64,000 bases of DNA, taken from positions 102,262 to 166,261 of the forward strand of contig JAUCBJ010009088.1 of assembly GCA_032718475.1 (NCBI GenBank), written 5' to 3'. The notes under the pieces were generated by a model that saw nothing but the letters and a program-made list of their open reading frames with translations, was not told the origin of the DNA and did not search any database. Of the stretch, positions 11,022 through 24,700 are shown one piece after another. Origin of the DNA: Nemertoderma westbladi. Taxonomy: Eukaryota > Animalia > Xenacoelomorpha. A program made the translations under genes and the position numbers. Position 1 is the stretch's first letter; the number at the start of each line of letters is the position of its first letter.

Positions 11022-13425
11022 ATGTCTCACAGACGAAGTAGAAATTCCGATTGTCTTTTTAGTGATAGTGATAGCTTCAGTGAAGCGGGAGACAGTCAAT
11101 ATCAGATCCCCAGGTCCCCATCTTATAGGGGAGGGGTGTCACCCCAACGTAGTTACAGGTCCCGATCCCAACAAAGAGGGGTGTCACACAAACGTAGACC
11201 CGGGTTCCCATCCCAACAAAGGGAGGTGTCACACAAACGTAGTCCCGGGTTCGGATCCCAACAAAGAGAGGTGTCAAACAAACGTAGTCCCGGGTTCGGA
11301 TCCCAACAAAGAGAGGTGTCAAACAAACGTAGTCCCGGGTTCGGATCCCAACAAAGAGAGGTGTCACACAAACATAGTCCCAGGTTCCCATCCCAACAAA
11401 GAGAGGTGTCACACAAACGTTTTCCCAGGTTCCCATCCCAACAAAGAGAGGTGTCACCTACACGAGTCCCAGCTCCCAATCCTATAGGAGAGAGCAGAGA
11501 GAAATCACTCCAACTCGGACAGGGGTTCCCATCATATAGAATTGTGGTCGACAGAAAAAGGGGAGTGACTTCATATCAAAGAGAAAGTGTGAACGCAAAG
11601 TCTAACAGAAAAGGTACAGGTATATCGACGACCAAAGTAGAGCCGTTTACACCAGAGAGACAAAATCAAGGAAGTGAATCCATTCGGACATCCCATGAGT
11701 CCCAAAAAATAGCTGAAAAAGACAGCACAAAAAAACATGCAAAACGCGAACCTACTTCAGAAGAACTTGTTAAAGAACTAATGGGAATTCTCCTACAAAT
11801 AAGTATTGGATTAGTGCTTCTTGTTTTTCTAATTATATTCGCTGTGGTTCAAATAAGTTGGTGCACAATGTCCATTTATGGTAAACATAATGCGATAGAA
11901 GAAAAGTTTGTTAAACAACAAGCCGAACAACTTCGAGTTAGTATTGCAACTTAGATAAAGAACGGGGGTCGTTGGATAAGGCAAAGTTTAGTCTAGCGAA
12001 TACAATTAGAAATAGAATAGTAGACAAGCAGAAGAAAGTTCAGGATCTAATAGAGGTTAAGCAGAACGAAATTCAGAATCTAATAAAGGGTATGCAGGAT
12101 GAAGTTCAAAATCGAATAGAGGAAAGACTGTAGGACCTATGCACCTGCAAATAGTATAATTTTGAATAATTATACAATTAAAGATATTTGTGACATTGGG
12201 AGAGACGGCTGTACCTTGGCTGCTAATAATGAGACGAAACAGTGGATATGGACAACAACTATCATTCGTTCGCACCAAGAATGAATATACTGATGGATTC
12301 GGAGATCCGAGTAAAGAGTTTTGGATTGGTTTTCATTTCATACAAAAGGCGACAGAACAAAAACAGTATACTTTACGGTTTGATTTTAAGGACAATAATA
12401 GCCGTAACTACTGGGCTGAATATGATGATTTTACGACTCTTTATGATAGTGGGAAAAAGAGATTTGCAATAGCCTTAAATTACAAAGACGGCGATGCGGG
12501 AGATGCCATGTACATTGAATATAAAGAAGTATATATACATTGTAAGAAATTATTAATTTTATTGTCAAGCTTAGTTTAGGTAAAAATGAGTTCGCAGCGA
12601 CTCGGCCCAATTAATAGCCAGTGTGCTAATCACTAAATGTTCGCAAAATAACTTCATGGCATATCAATAATGCTTATACATTAGCCACCCTGTATTGTGA
12701 ACAACATACTCCCATTCACTAACAACCTTAATAATTATTCGTAAACTAATGAAATTGAGCAGAAAATTTGACTTTATCACTTAGTTACGCATTCGTGAAA
12801 AAGTTTCAAATTTTACTCACTTTGTGAAAAATTAGCGTAGGTGTGGTAGCCCTCTACACTAATAACGTCTGAGAATCGGGATGAATATTTCCAATATTAG
12901 ATTCATAAATTCGTTGAAGAATAAATGCATAAATGCTCTACCAATTCCATTCTAAATTTCAGAAATTTATGTTACAGCGTACTTGAATAATTCTGATGCT
13001 CGTGACTTCAAATGTTCTCACTCACTATGTTCGTCTCGTTTAACAAATCACTCAGCTTAACAAATCTGTAAAGTGTCACTTTACTCACTACTGTGGTTTG
13101 TTCAGTTAATAATTGTAAAGTTATATTTTCATAGTTTTACTTATCTTGCTTGACAATCAAATTTAATACATTACTAATTAGACAAGATTAAGTTCAGTGA
13201 TGCGAAACACCGAGGTTACTTTGTTTTCTATGCGTATAACGATACCCGTTGCCCTGGGTTTAAGGGCGTGGTGGCATCACTATTACAGCTGACGATGTAC
13301 TCCTTGCAAACCAAAGGCGTATTTATTTGGAGACGATGAGTAAAACTTATTGGAATCCCTTAGACGTATATAAAGTGACAATTGGACCATTTCGAAGCAT
13401 AGAAATGAGGATAAAAGTTACTTAA
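11022..13425 (+). pseudogene. Type II transmembrane fibrinogen-related (FReD) gene, frameshifted
   Basis: ORF 11022-11954: R/S-rich repeats plus hydrophobic segment ILLQISIGLVLLVFLIIFAVV; shifted-frame coiled-coil stalk ~11948-12133; DC...ICDIGRDG; WLLIMRR...EYTDGFGDPSKEFWIG...YTLRFDFKD...GDAGDAM (12190-12510); probable second exon ~13200-13425 with YNDTRC, AWW and RSIEMRIKVT*. Confidence 0.8.
11160..11457 (+). repeat. 42-bp coding minisatellite (14-aa unit SQQREVSHKRSPGFG-like), ~7 copies
   Basis: ATCCCAACAAAGAGAGGTGTCACACAAACGTAGTCCCGGGTTC repeats inside ORF 11022-11954. Confidence 0.92.
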
Positions 13426-13913
13426 CTTGTTGACTGAAATTGAAACAATACGTAGAAGCGGAAATACTTACCTTACTGAGAAGGCCAAGATAACGAAACT
13501 ATATTTGTATGTAGTAATCATATGCTGATTGGATTCATGTTTCGCTCAAGATAAATAACCTGTAATAATTTAATCTACTAGAAACTTTATTTCAAAACGC
13601 AACAAATCTGTGAAAATTTTAGATGGTATTTTACGTAATGTAACGTTACTAGACCATTTCAAAGTATTTATTGAAATGAGGATAAAAGTTACCTAACTTG
13701 TTACTGAAATTGAAACAATACGTAGAAGCGGAAATACTTACCTTACTGAGAAGGCCAAGATAACGAAACTATATTTGTATGTAGTAATCATATGCTGATT
13801 GGATTCATGTTTCGCTCAAGATAAATAACCTGTAATAATTTAATCTACTACAAACTTTATTTCAAACCGGAACAAATCTGTGCAAATTGTAGCTGGTATT
13901 TTACGTAATGTAA
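13386..13913. repeat. Tandem duplication (~265 bp) of the FReD last codons and 3' flank
   Basis: GACCATTTC...GAAATGAGGATAAAAGTTAC...GGTATTTTACGTAATGTAAC starts at 13386 and again at ~13652. Confidence 0.88.
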
Positions 13914-16900
13914 CATAATTATCGATTTAATTAATAAATAATAAAGGAAACCCAATTTTCCTACTTTTTGAAAGTGTTGCCATTTGGTTAATGTAAAATC
14001 TCTTGTAAGTACTGTATATCCTTGAATTCTTCAAGTTGTTTGTGTTCCAAACCAATCTACCACCAGGAGTAGATTGTTCACAATTCCGGGACATTCTCAC
14101 AATTTTCACAATTCTGTTCCAAAATAATAAATTAAACATCGCAGTTGGTTCTGAGAGGAACTCATGATAAAATATCAGTGCTGATTCAGTCCTGGTAACT
14201 TAAGATTAATCTAAATACATCTAAACACTTTCAGATATACAGCAATAAACAGTAAAGACACTCATAAGTAAAATAACAAGAAACGAAAAGATGGCTGTTG
14301 TTAAAGCTTTTGCGGCAAAATTGTGTCGTTTTTACACAATGCGCTGGTTACTCTGTGAGTCTAAACCTTAAAAGCCCTTAAGAACTTTTATATTTTATGA
14401 ACTGACATAACCTCACTCCATCCAGCGTTTATTCTAAGTATAGAACTTTGTCGATCACTCTTAGAGGAAAACAGCTGCATAAATTACGAAATTACCAGCA
14501 ATTGGACAGTAGTATTTCTCTTTGTCCCCTTGCCTCTGTGATATTTACCGTCCAATCAGTATACTTTCCACTCTACGTCACGCCATAGACTGAACTACTG
14601 AATCCCTGGGTTATGGACAGATGGCATGTTTACTGATTCCTGATTGGAGTTCTCCCTGATTCCATGGATTCTATGACATTCGATGGTGATTCATCCCTTG
14701 TTGACTATTTCAGGCAGGGATTGCTGCAACTCCTTCAGTGAGTGTGTATACTCTTCCTGACTTTCGCCCAGAAACATCAGCGGCCAGAGAGATCAGAGAA
14801 CGCAAATCTATTAGCTTAACATACTCAATTCATACTTGCATTTCATACTTTCCACTCATCTTACATATCTTGCTTGGCACTGCAACACATCCTGACTTTC
14901 TGACGTCTGACTGCTGATATTGCCGCACCGCATCCCTTATACTGTTTGTATGCTGTTATAATATATTGTGATTTGTAACCTATTGATTAATGCTCATATT
15001 TCGAGAATACTTACGAATAACCGGTAGATCTCTTGGTTTTCATGATTTATTGAGGTAAGCGGAAGGGAATACTATTCACAATTGCCTAGCTCAAATAACA
15101 GTCGTTTGTATGAGTTTATGCTGTTTCATAGTCCCCAACGTACGTGAGTTAAGTTTCTCCTTATATGCGAGTAAAATTGGTTTTAAGGTAACCACTAGAG
15201 TCTTACACCCTTTAACTACAAAAAAAATATAGAATCAGGACATTAAGCCCAAAATACCTTCCAGACCCTAAGGCCATCAAGGAACACAAAACAAAACAAA
15301 CAAAAAACACAAACAAAAGTATAGTATCAGGACATTAAGCCCAAAATACCTTCCAGACCCTAAGGCCATCAAGGAACACAAAACAAAACAAACAAAAAAC
15401 ACAAACAAAATATATTATACCATGCTCCACATACAAGTATGTATCGCAACCCTAACCCTAAAACCTAACCGCCATACACTAAATGATACCGGTATTAGAC
15501 TGCACAAAAGCTAAGCCTATATTCTATAAGAAAATATATGACATTTTTGTCGCCGTGAAAGAGGTAGGACTAAGACAAAAATAATTAATTTGTTAAAAAT
15601 ATACCACCAGAATACTACCAGTTTTCCATTGGTAACATGTTTACTTACCGTAGGCCTATAGGGTTCCAATGTTCTGAGGTCTGAAGTCTGTTTGGGCTGA
15701 GGGGTAACTGAGTTGATGGTGCGATTAATTTAGGTCAATGGTGCAATATAGTTAGGCTTGGCTAATTCCCTGTCCAGCTGATGAGGTGTCGAGGATTAGC
15801 GCGTACTGGTCCTAGACGCCGAAACGCAACCATACTGTATTTTAACAAATTAATTATTTTTGTCTTAGTCCTACCTCTTTCACGGCGACAAAAATGTCTT
15901 ATATTTTCTTATAGAATATAGGCTTAGCTTTTGTGCAGTTTAATACCGGTATCATTTAGTGTATGGCGGTTAGGTTTTAGGGTTAGGGTTGCGATACATA
16001 CTTGTATGTGGAGCATGGTATAATATATTTTGTTTGTGTTTTTTGTTTGTTTTGTTTTGTGTTCCTTGATGGCCTTAGGGTCTGGAAGGTATTTTGGGCT
16101 TAATGTCCTGATACTATACTTTTGATGTGTTTTTTGTTTGTTTTGTTTTGTGATCCTTGATGGCCTTAGGGTCTGGAAGGTATTTTGGGCTTAATGTCCT
16201 GATTCTATATTTTTTTTGTAGTTAAAGGGTGTAAGACTCTAGTGGTTACCTTAAAGTTAATATATACATCACAACCCCCTGTTAGTCAGTATGTCGGTAC
16301 ATTCAATTATCACATATGAATATAGAGCAGAACTCCGGCATCACTGCATGTTGTTAAATCTTATATAATTTTTGTGCTGTGTGTTTGCTCTAGCAAACTA
16401 CCAGTTTTCCATTGGTAACATGTTTACTTACCGTAGGCCTATAGGGTTCCAATGTTCTGAGGTCTGAAGTCTGTTTGGGCTGAGTGGTAACTGAGTTGAT
16501 GGTGCGATTAATTTAGGTCAATGGTGCAATATAGTTAGGCTTGGCTAATTCCCTGTCCAGCTGATGAGGTGTCGAGGATTAGCGCGTACTGGTCCTAGAC
16601 GCCGAAACGCAACCATATTTTTAACAAATTAATTATTTTTGTCTTAGTCCTACCTCTTTCACGGCGACAAAAATGTCATATATTTTCTTATAGAATATAG
16701 GCTTAGCTTTTGTGCAGTTTAATACCGGTATCATTTAGTGTATGGCGGTTAGGTTTTAGGGTTAGGGTTGCGATACATACTTGTATGTGGAGCATGGTAT
16801 AATATATTTTGTTTGTGTTTTTTGTTTGTTTTGTTTTGTGTTCCTTGATGGCCTTAGGGTCTGGAAGGTATTTTGGGCTTAATGTCCTGATACTATACTT

Positions 16901-17352
16901 TTGTTTGTGTTTTTTGTTTGTTTTGTTTTGTGTTCCTTGATGGCCTTAGGGTCTGGAAGGTATTTTGGGCTTAATGTCCTGATTCTATATTTTTTTTGTA
17001 GTTAAAGGGTGTAAGACTCTAGTGGTTACCTTAAAGTTAATATATACATCACAACCCCCTGTTAGTCAGTATGTCGGTACATTCAATTATCACATATGAA
17101 TATAGAGCAGAACTCCGGCATCACTGCATGTTGTTAAATCTTATATAATTTTTGTGCTGTGTGTTTGCTCTAGCAAACTACCAGTTTTCCATTGGTAACA
17201 TGTTTACTTACCGTAGGCCTATAGGGTTCCAATGTTCTGAGGTCTGAAGTCTGTTTGGGCTGAGTGGTAACTGAGTTGATGGTGCGATTAATTTAGGTCA
17301 ATGGTGCAATATAGTTAGGCTTGGCTAATTCCCTGTCCAGCTGATGAGGTGT

Positions 17353-18611
17353 TGTTCGCGCTTTTGAAGACCTTTAGCAGTTTAACCTGCCAAAATTTAT
17401 ATGTCTTCTAGTTAATTAAAACCACTTTAGCATACGACAATATTTTATGCTAATACGCAAAACATTAACCGAAGTCAGCCCATGCGCGATCATTCACCCG
17501 ATGGATCTACACCCGGGAGACTGAATTCGGATGCTTGAATTGTATTATTACAGTGTAAGGTTGCAGTGTAAACTTACTGTATTATTCGATAGATCGTTAA
17601 TAATTAATCTCTGACAGATATTATTGGCTTTCGGGAAATATTAACAGTTCCTTTAGGACGTGGCGCTTTATCTATTTAAACAGAACTAAGACTTATACTA
17701 AACGCAACGATACTGCTTATGATTGAAGTATAAAGCGTATTCTTTAGGAAATACTTTGTTACCAATCACAATCATACACACTATTCTGCCGACAGTCAGT
17801 ATTTTTGATCACACATAAAGAGAGCAGTAATTGACTCACGTAGGGTCTGCTAAATAACATTGGATTCAATACACACCACATTAATATAAATCGCAATTGT
17901 TATGTATAGCCGGTCTCTCTAACCTGTAGTGTATCAAGGAAATTGGGAATTTGGGTGATTTATCCGTATTATCCAAATAACAATATTTCCATCAACAAAT
18001 AGGTACAATTAATAACTGACGGTAAAATAACAGTACAAACAATATGATTAATGCAATTAAATTAAGTGAGTTAATGCTGTCTTTCGATTTGATTGATTAA
18101 TTAATTAAGATTTGTTTCGGTAACAGTTTATACTTTCGATAATTCAAGCAGTTTACTAGAGTTCTTCCCAAAAGGCCGGTGTTTCTGGCTTAGACAGCAA
18201 TAACAACAAAGTAACAAGTAAAAACAGTAAGACAGAACACTCTCCTTATGATCGGCAGAAAAGCTACACGTCGACAGGAAAAACCGCCCTGATTGGCCCA
18301 AGCCAAACAAAGAACCACGCGTCCAATGGCTGTTTCCATGTCAGCAACCAGCTGCTAGATGTCGTAATATGAATCATCACGGCTAAGCTGTGAAAGGTAG
18401 TTGGTGCATTACAAGTTTTTTGCCTTACCATGTCCGCCAAAACACGTATATAGCAGAATGATTTTTATGTCCGTTAAAACACCTGTAAAGGTACCTTGCG
18501 GGCGAGGGGAATATATATACAGTTAGAAAACCTTTTTAGAGTATTCCAGCGCCTGGGGGAGAACTGGCCAGCAAAGGCAAACGTATCAGTTATCCCACAA
18601 AAGCTTTTACA
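17353..18611 (-). repeat. 3' LTR of the BEL/Pao element
   Basis: Direct repeat of 28576-29834. Confidence 0.96.
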
Positions 18612-18689
18612 CCGCTCCCAGAAAATGGGATTTAAGTCTATAAAATATACCAAATCACAGTTTCTAAAATATAAAAATACTCTAAACAG

Positions 18690-20138
18690 TTAGTCTTTCT
18701 TGCGCGGACGGCGTTTACGCAGCTTTTTAAAGCTAGCAAGAGTCCTTTTCTCTTTGGGGCGAGCCACTTTACGAGGAGGGCTATAACTCCTGGGTGAAGG
18801 GTGCAATATGATTGCATCAGAAGGTATGGGATTGCGATCGGTATATCCGCCGGTCGAAGTACTGGGTTGATTGACATCAACGTCCGGGGAGAGGGGTCTA
18901 ACGGCTTTGAGAGCTCGTTTCAAGACAGCCGCTCTTACGGGTCCTTTACGAGTGGTCTGAACGAGGGCCGTGGGTGGACCATAGGCAGTTAGAAACTTCC
19001 TTGGTTTAATGGTTCTTTCCAACTCGCGTTCGCGGGCTCGATACTCGTAAGGCCGTCGATATACTTCTTGTAACTCAGGGTGTGAGTTGACGAATAAGTC
19101 TCCATAGGCAGGGTCTTGACGGATAAAGTTTATTAAGTTGTAAGACTGGATGTCACTCGGATTAATGCTTCTGAGAAATTTACGTACATATTTGGTTGAA
19201 ATACATTCTCCAACGCGCTTCAATAGTTCATAACTTGATAGGCGCGATTTCTGTTCGACGGAGGCAAACAAATATGGATGGAACGCATAAACTCCTTCGT
19301 AGGCGCGTCCGGGATAATAGCGATGGCGTGAGTCACAATGTAAATCAGCGTTCGCTTCCCAAGCTCTGATATAACGTAGTACAATCATTTCATCTACGCT
19401 CTCTAAATCATGGTTAAAGGGACAATCAAAGCTGGCGTGTCCTTTTAATTGACAATGATGACATTGAGTCATAAATTGAGGGCAAACCGCAAAAATATGC
19501 AAATTATTAAATCTGCAATACGCGCAATAAATTTCCATCGCCGGTTGTTCGTGGAAATAGGAACAGCGGACGTTTGTGTCCATGGGCGTAACATGGTCTC
19601 TCGATGCGCATAACCGACAACGTTGCCGAGAAACATAGTTGGCATGGCGATAATCGTACGCAGTGAGACACTGTGGACCTTGATACCATTCTAGGATGTA
19701 ATCGTTGTCGTTGTTCCGGGCGCGATAGGCTGAATCTCCTCAGATTCTAGGCATATTGGTTCGTCTTCCCAGTCTGTTACGAATATAATTTTCGTGATCT
19801 ATTCTCGGTTTATCGTTACGACTCCGCTGGGTATGATATTTAAATAGAACCATTTCCCTTTCGGTGTATACATCGTCCGTATCATGTAAATCGATAGGAT
19901 GGCCGGTAGTTAAGAAGTCTATATACGTACCATTACGATTCGTATAGCGAGCGGTGAATTTTCTATAGTCCAATTCACGCGTAAGTTGTTCCTGGGACAT
20001 CGGCGGTTCGATATAACGACCATCGTCCTCCGTAATAGTCGGATCGGCTTCACCGCGTATCAAGCTATCCACAAACGCTTGTAAAGGTAGAGTATATCGC
20101 TCTCTAATACCAAGGTCATCTTCTATCAATTCCGTCAT
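18690..20138 (-). CDS. Accessory gene of the BEL element: ~482-codon frame with three CCHC-like knuckles and a basic C-terminus, one in-frame TGA at 19740-19742
   Basis: ORFs 19740-20138 and 18690-19583 share a frame and the 52 codons between them are open; motifs CRLCASRDH...C, CAYCRFNNLHIFAVC, CHHCQLKGHASFDC; ends KKLRKRRPRKKD. Confidence 0.7.
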
Positions 20139-21761
20139 ATCTGCTATCTGAGTTTATTAATATCAATATGAGTTAATATTTTAGGCAAGCGGGCGTCGCT
20201 GCCTACTAGACCTTTGCCCCCGGACAGTGGGTTTCTCAGCGCCGATGTACCGCTGTCGCAGTGTTTACGCCAACATGTAGCAACAGCACGACAACGATAA
20301 CCGGCACAAGTCCCACCACTGTCCGTCCCAAAAGCTTGAATCCACTTGAGGTTATCTCGGTAGAGTTAGGGCTATTTTACAATTGCGATTAGCTACTGTA
20401 AACACACTTTAGTAGTAACATTCACCTATAAACGCACAAATTCCATACAATCATTACTTACTGCACACATGCATGCCATTTGTCCGTTAGTCAGTGTCTT
20501 CCAGAATGTCACGTTATTACTATGTATCCTTGGATACTAATAGTGCGTTATGTATACTCTTATGCTACGCAATGGGGCAAGCCCTTTATTGTTCTTTTAA
20601 CTTGCTTCTAATTCTAGCGTGGGTGTTGCCATGGTGACATTATGGAAAACTAGCGGTAGAATTAGGGCAATCCTCATGCATACAGATCTGGGATGTTATT
20701 TAATAGTAATTCTTTAATTGTCAATATCCTCTTTATGCATGATTTTATAAATTTTATCGGCTATTGACTATATGTTGGAGATTCTCACACTCTAGCACAC
20801 TCAATATGAATCTCCGCTCCCATGATCTATTAATTACTGGAATTTTGGGAATGTTATAAATTGCACAAAATGACAATTTATGAAATTCATTCGAATATGA
20901 ATTTAAATTTATTCCCGTGAATTTTATTATTTGATATTAAATTGACATAAATTTTATTCCAGAGCATATCTGGGGACTTAGGATCCTGAATTCTATGAAA
21001 TTTGTCTTTTAAGAGTATCGGTAAGTGCTACGATATCTTAATCGACTAGAATTGTTAACGGATCTGAATTTTACAGATTTTTAATAAATATTAAATTAAT
21101 ATTTAGGATGGGCACCGATTTATTCCAGAACTTGTCTGGGGACGTTAACCACTGATTCTAGAATTTGTCTTTCAAGTATATCGGTGGGTGCCACGATATC
21201 TTAATCGACTAGAATTACAGATGGTCAAAAGTTTAACAGATTTATTTGCGATTTACGCTACTGTTAGAGGGACATCACGCTACTATATGTATTATTTGTT
21301 ATAAGGTAGAAGAGCAATATCGCACGAAGCAATGTCAGTGTGAAGAGGCAAGTCGTTTCCAAGGTCTACCCAGAGCTTGGTTTAGCCGAGACACGAGGAT
21401 CTGAACTTTGCATTCCTAATACTCTGCCTACCAATAATACTTGAATATAGTAGTGGCTTTATTGTACTTTAAGAAGTACTGACATGTCATCTTACTATAG
21501 TCTCGCATTTATAATATAATACGGACAGTAAGGAAAGAGAAAATAATTACTTCTTGCCGTCGCACTAAATATATATTATAAGTAATTATGTACGTAATAA
21601 ACACTAATATATTGCACTAATCTACTAAACATTCTAAAATAACATTTTACTAAATAAAATTAAATAAAACGATTATAATAAAATTACATAATAATACATA
21701 CATAAATATAAAATAAAAACAAATATAAAATGATATAGTCACACGCCCACTCCACATGCTA

Positions 21762-24700
21762 TCACGTTATGGAGTCCCTAGATATTTGCCGGATTAGGGA
21801 AGTAGTCGTAGGAAGAGTCGCTTGCCTTCCATAGTTTTCGGACAGTTTTCGGTCTCTTTCCAGTAAACATAAACGACTAGCTGGGCGATTGAGTTGTTGT
21901 GTTACTTTCTCCGCTCCCTTGGCCTGTCTAATTTCTGCCGTGGTAAGATGAGGAGGCCATTCTTCTTCTTCTTTACTTAAGGAGTCGGATCCACCTAACC
22001 AGCCTGGAGTATCTATCAGTTCTTGAGGAGTTGCTCCTCTGGAAGCGATGTCGGCTGGATTAATCGTCCCAAGGCAATGTCTCCATTGATCTACATTGGA
22101 GTTAATATCGTCATTATCTGAGGAGTATGGTGTTCCCTCAGTTGGGTCGTCCACATCACTGCTCTCCACTTCCCCCTTTACTTGGTATACCTGTTGTGGA
22201 GGGAATCTCTCTTTGAGAGTTCTACGTGAAGGGCCAGTGAAGTACCAACCTACTCTAGTTCTTACCGCATAGGTTTGTAGTGGCTGTGGTTGAGCAGGCC
22301 GTTTCTCTAATGGCTCGAGCGCCTCATGCGCGTTTTGGCCGATGAGTATTTGCACTCCAGGATAATCGGTTTGGAATCGAGGTATCTCAAGATGTTGGAT
22401 GCACTCGTCCTCGTCCCAGTTATAAGGTTCTGCTTGAGTAGTAGCAAAGTTCTTTATAGCCACCATTTTTACTGACCTTATACCTTGTGTTCCTAACTTA
22501 TCCTGGGGGGTGGACAACACACCTACATAGTAATCTGCCGTTAGGGTAGATTTCCAAACCTGCATAATTCCTGACATATTCAATTTAGTCCGGAACTTGG
22601 GTTGTCCAGCAAAGATATCTTCGGCTAGTTCTTGATCGATGAATGTTCCTGTGCTGCCGGAGTCAAGTAGGGCGTTCACTATGTAACTCTTGTTGGGACC
22701 ATGAACTCGAACTTGCACTACAGGAAATTCTCTTATTCCTATGTTGGAAGTTGGAACTTTCCAAGATGGTTGTTTGTCAAAAGGAGTTGGAGTAAACTCG
22801 TCAGTGTCCTTTTCATCCGTAAGTGCTCGATACACTGTGGTATTTATTAGATAACAGGATTCGTTGGCATCGGAGAATTCGTCTGTATAGAATCCTTCCC
22901 ACTCAGAACCTTGGTCAGTGTCGTTCACATCACTGAATTGGACATGTAGTTCGGGCTCACTTACCTGACTCGGGTTGTCTCGTTCGAACTCACTGTGTAA
23001 CAAGATGTGATGTTTCGCGCCACACTTTGCACACTTTACGTCGGAGTAACAGGTTCGCCGTTGGTGTCCTGATCTGAGGCAATTATAGCATAACCGCTTA
23101 TTCCACAGGACTGTAGGTCTGTCTACAGGGGATTTCTTTAGAAATTCAGCACACGCACTCAAACGGTGGGGCCCGTCGCACAGCGCACATTTTGGTTTGA
23201 TGTTACTCACCTTAACTTGGTTAACGTTCTGCACTCTCGTTCTTTCTTCGGGCTTTCTTCCGTGAATTCTCTTAGGAGACGTAGGAGGAGTTGTTGTTAC
23301 CTGTTCTCTCCTGTCACTGGTTCGAGACTTGTATTTACTTACGTCTTTATAGGTCTTGTTGTCATAGTAAGATTTTGCTGTGTCTTTCCCGCTGTCCTCT
23401 TCTTGAGAAGCTTGGCTTTCGCCGTCGTCAGTATAACACACTGGTATTATCCTTCTCCTAGAATCGGGTTTCTCACTTACCTTATTTTCCGATGTTTTCT
23501 CTCTGGCCTGCCTTATGAGTTGTAATTTTACTTCACTATCTAAGAAAGACATGAGATCAGCCATGGTTGGACTTCGTCGTTGTTGTTCATTCATGTACAA
23601 CACTTTCTTGTCCCAGCGTGTACATACTCCACCCTTTGGTAAAGTAGAGACTACGGCTCCAATAACCATGGAACTCTGGTATTCGTGCGACTTACCTAAC
23701 CAGTCCAGTTGTCTACAGATCTCTTGTATTTCATCGGAAAACTCTATAATCCCACTACTAAGGAAGTGTCGGGGGGCTACTAACTTTGTATACAAATACT
23801 TAGCTATGTTATCTTTGTTACCATACCTGATGTTTAATGTATCCCAAACTTGTCTTAATCCTTCTGGATGTCCAATAAACTTTAACGCCATTAACTTGGG
23901 AGGTCCTTCCAAACACTTGATGAGGAATCTAAGTTTCTCTCCGTTAGATAGTACAGAGTTCTGTATGCTATCTTTGTAATATTCGTTGAAAGGTAACCAT
24001 TTCATCTCATCTCCATTGAATTTGACGATCTCTCCCACTTTGACCGCTTGGCGGGCTTCTGTTCTAGCCATCTGACGCGTAAAGCTTTCTTGGGCCATCA
24101 TGTTATTTAATATCGAATTATCGGTATACAAATTTCTCGGATCATTATCAGGTCGATAAGGAATATCATTAATAACAGGTCTATAATCACCCTTAATAGG
24201 GTTTGCTATAGGAGTTTCAACTTCACTAGCAGTATAGATGCGTGTAGGCTCCACACCTTGCGCATGTAATACTTCAGACCTAACGGGTTGACACAATGTT
24301 ACAGGGGGCATTGGTATGCCTTTTTGTATATTGACTAATTTGTCGCGTTCTAGCGCGATACTTTGCTGCACTTCTTGCAACTCTGCTCTACTTTCCCTCA
24401 CCGTTCCCTTAAGTTGGTGGACAGTCTCCTGCATCTGTCCTAACAGGAGATTCATCCCCCGCCGTCCCTCCTCCACCCACTCAACCGCCGAAGCGGGAGT
24501 CGCCAACATAGTAGCGGGCTGACGCGGGACGACGGGAGACAAATTATTGATTTCTCTCTCTGCTATCTGGACAGGGGTATTTGAATGGACTGTTCCACCG
24601 GGTACAGGCAGTGTAGTGCTATGTAAAGGGAATTTAGAGTTAAGCTCTGGAAGTGTAGGGGTCTCTAGCACAGAAGTGACTTTGGGAACTACAGGCCTAA

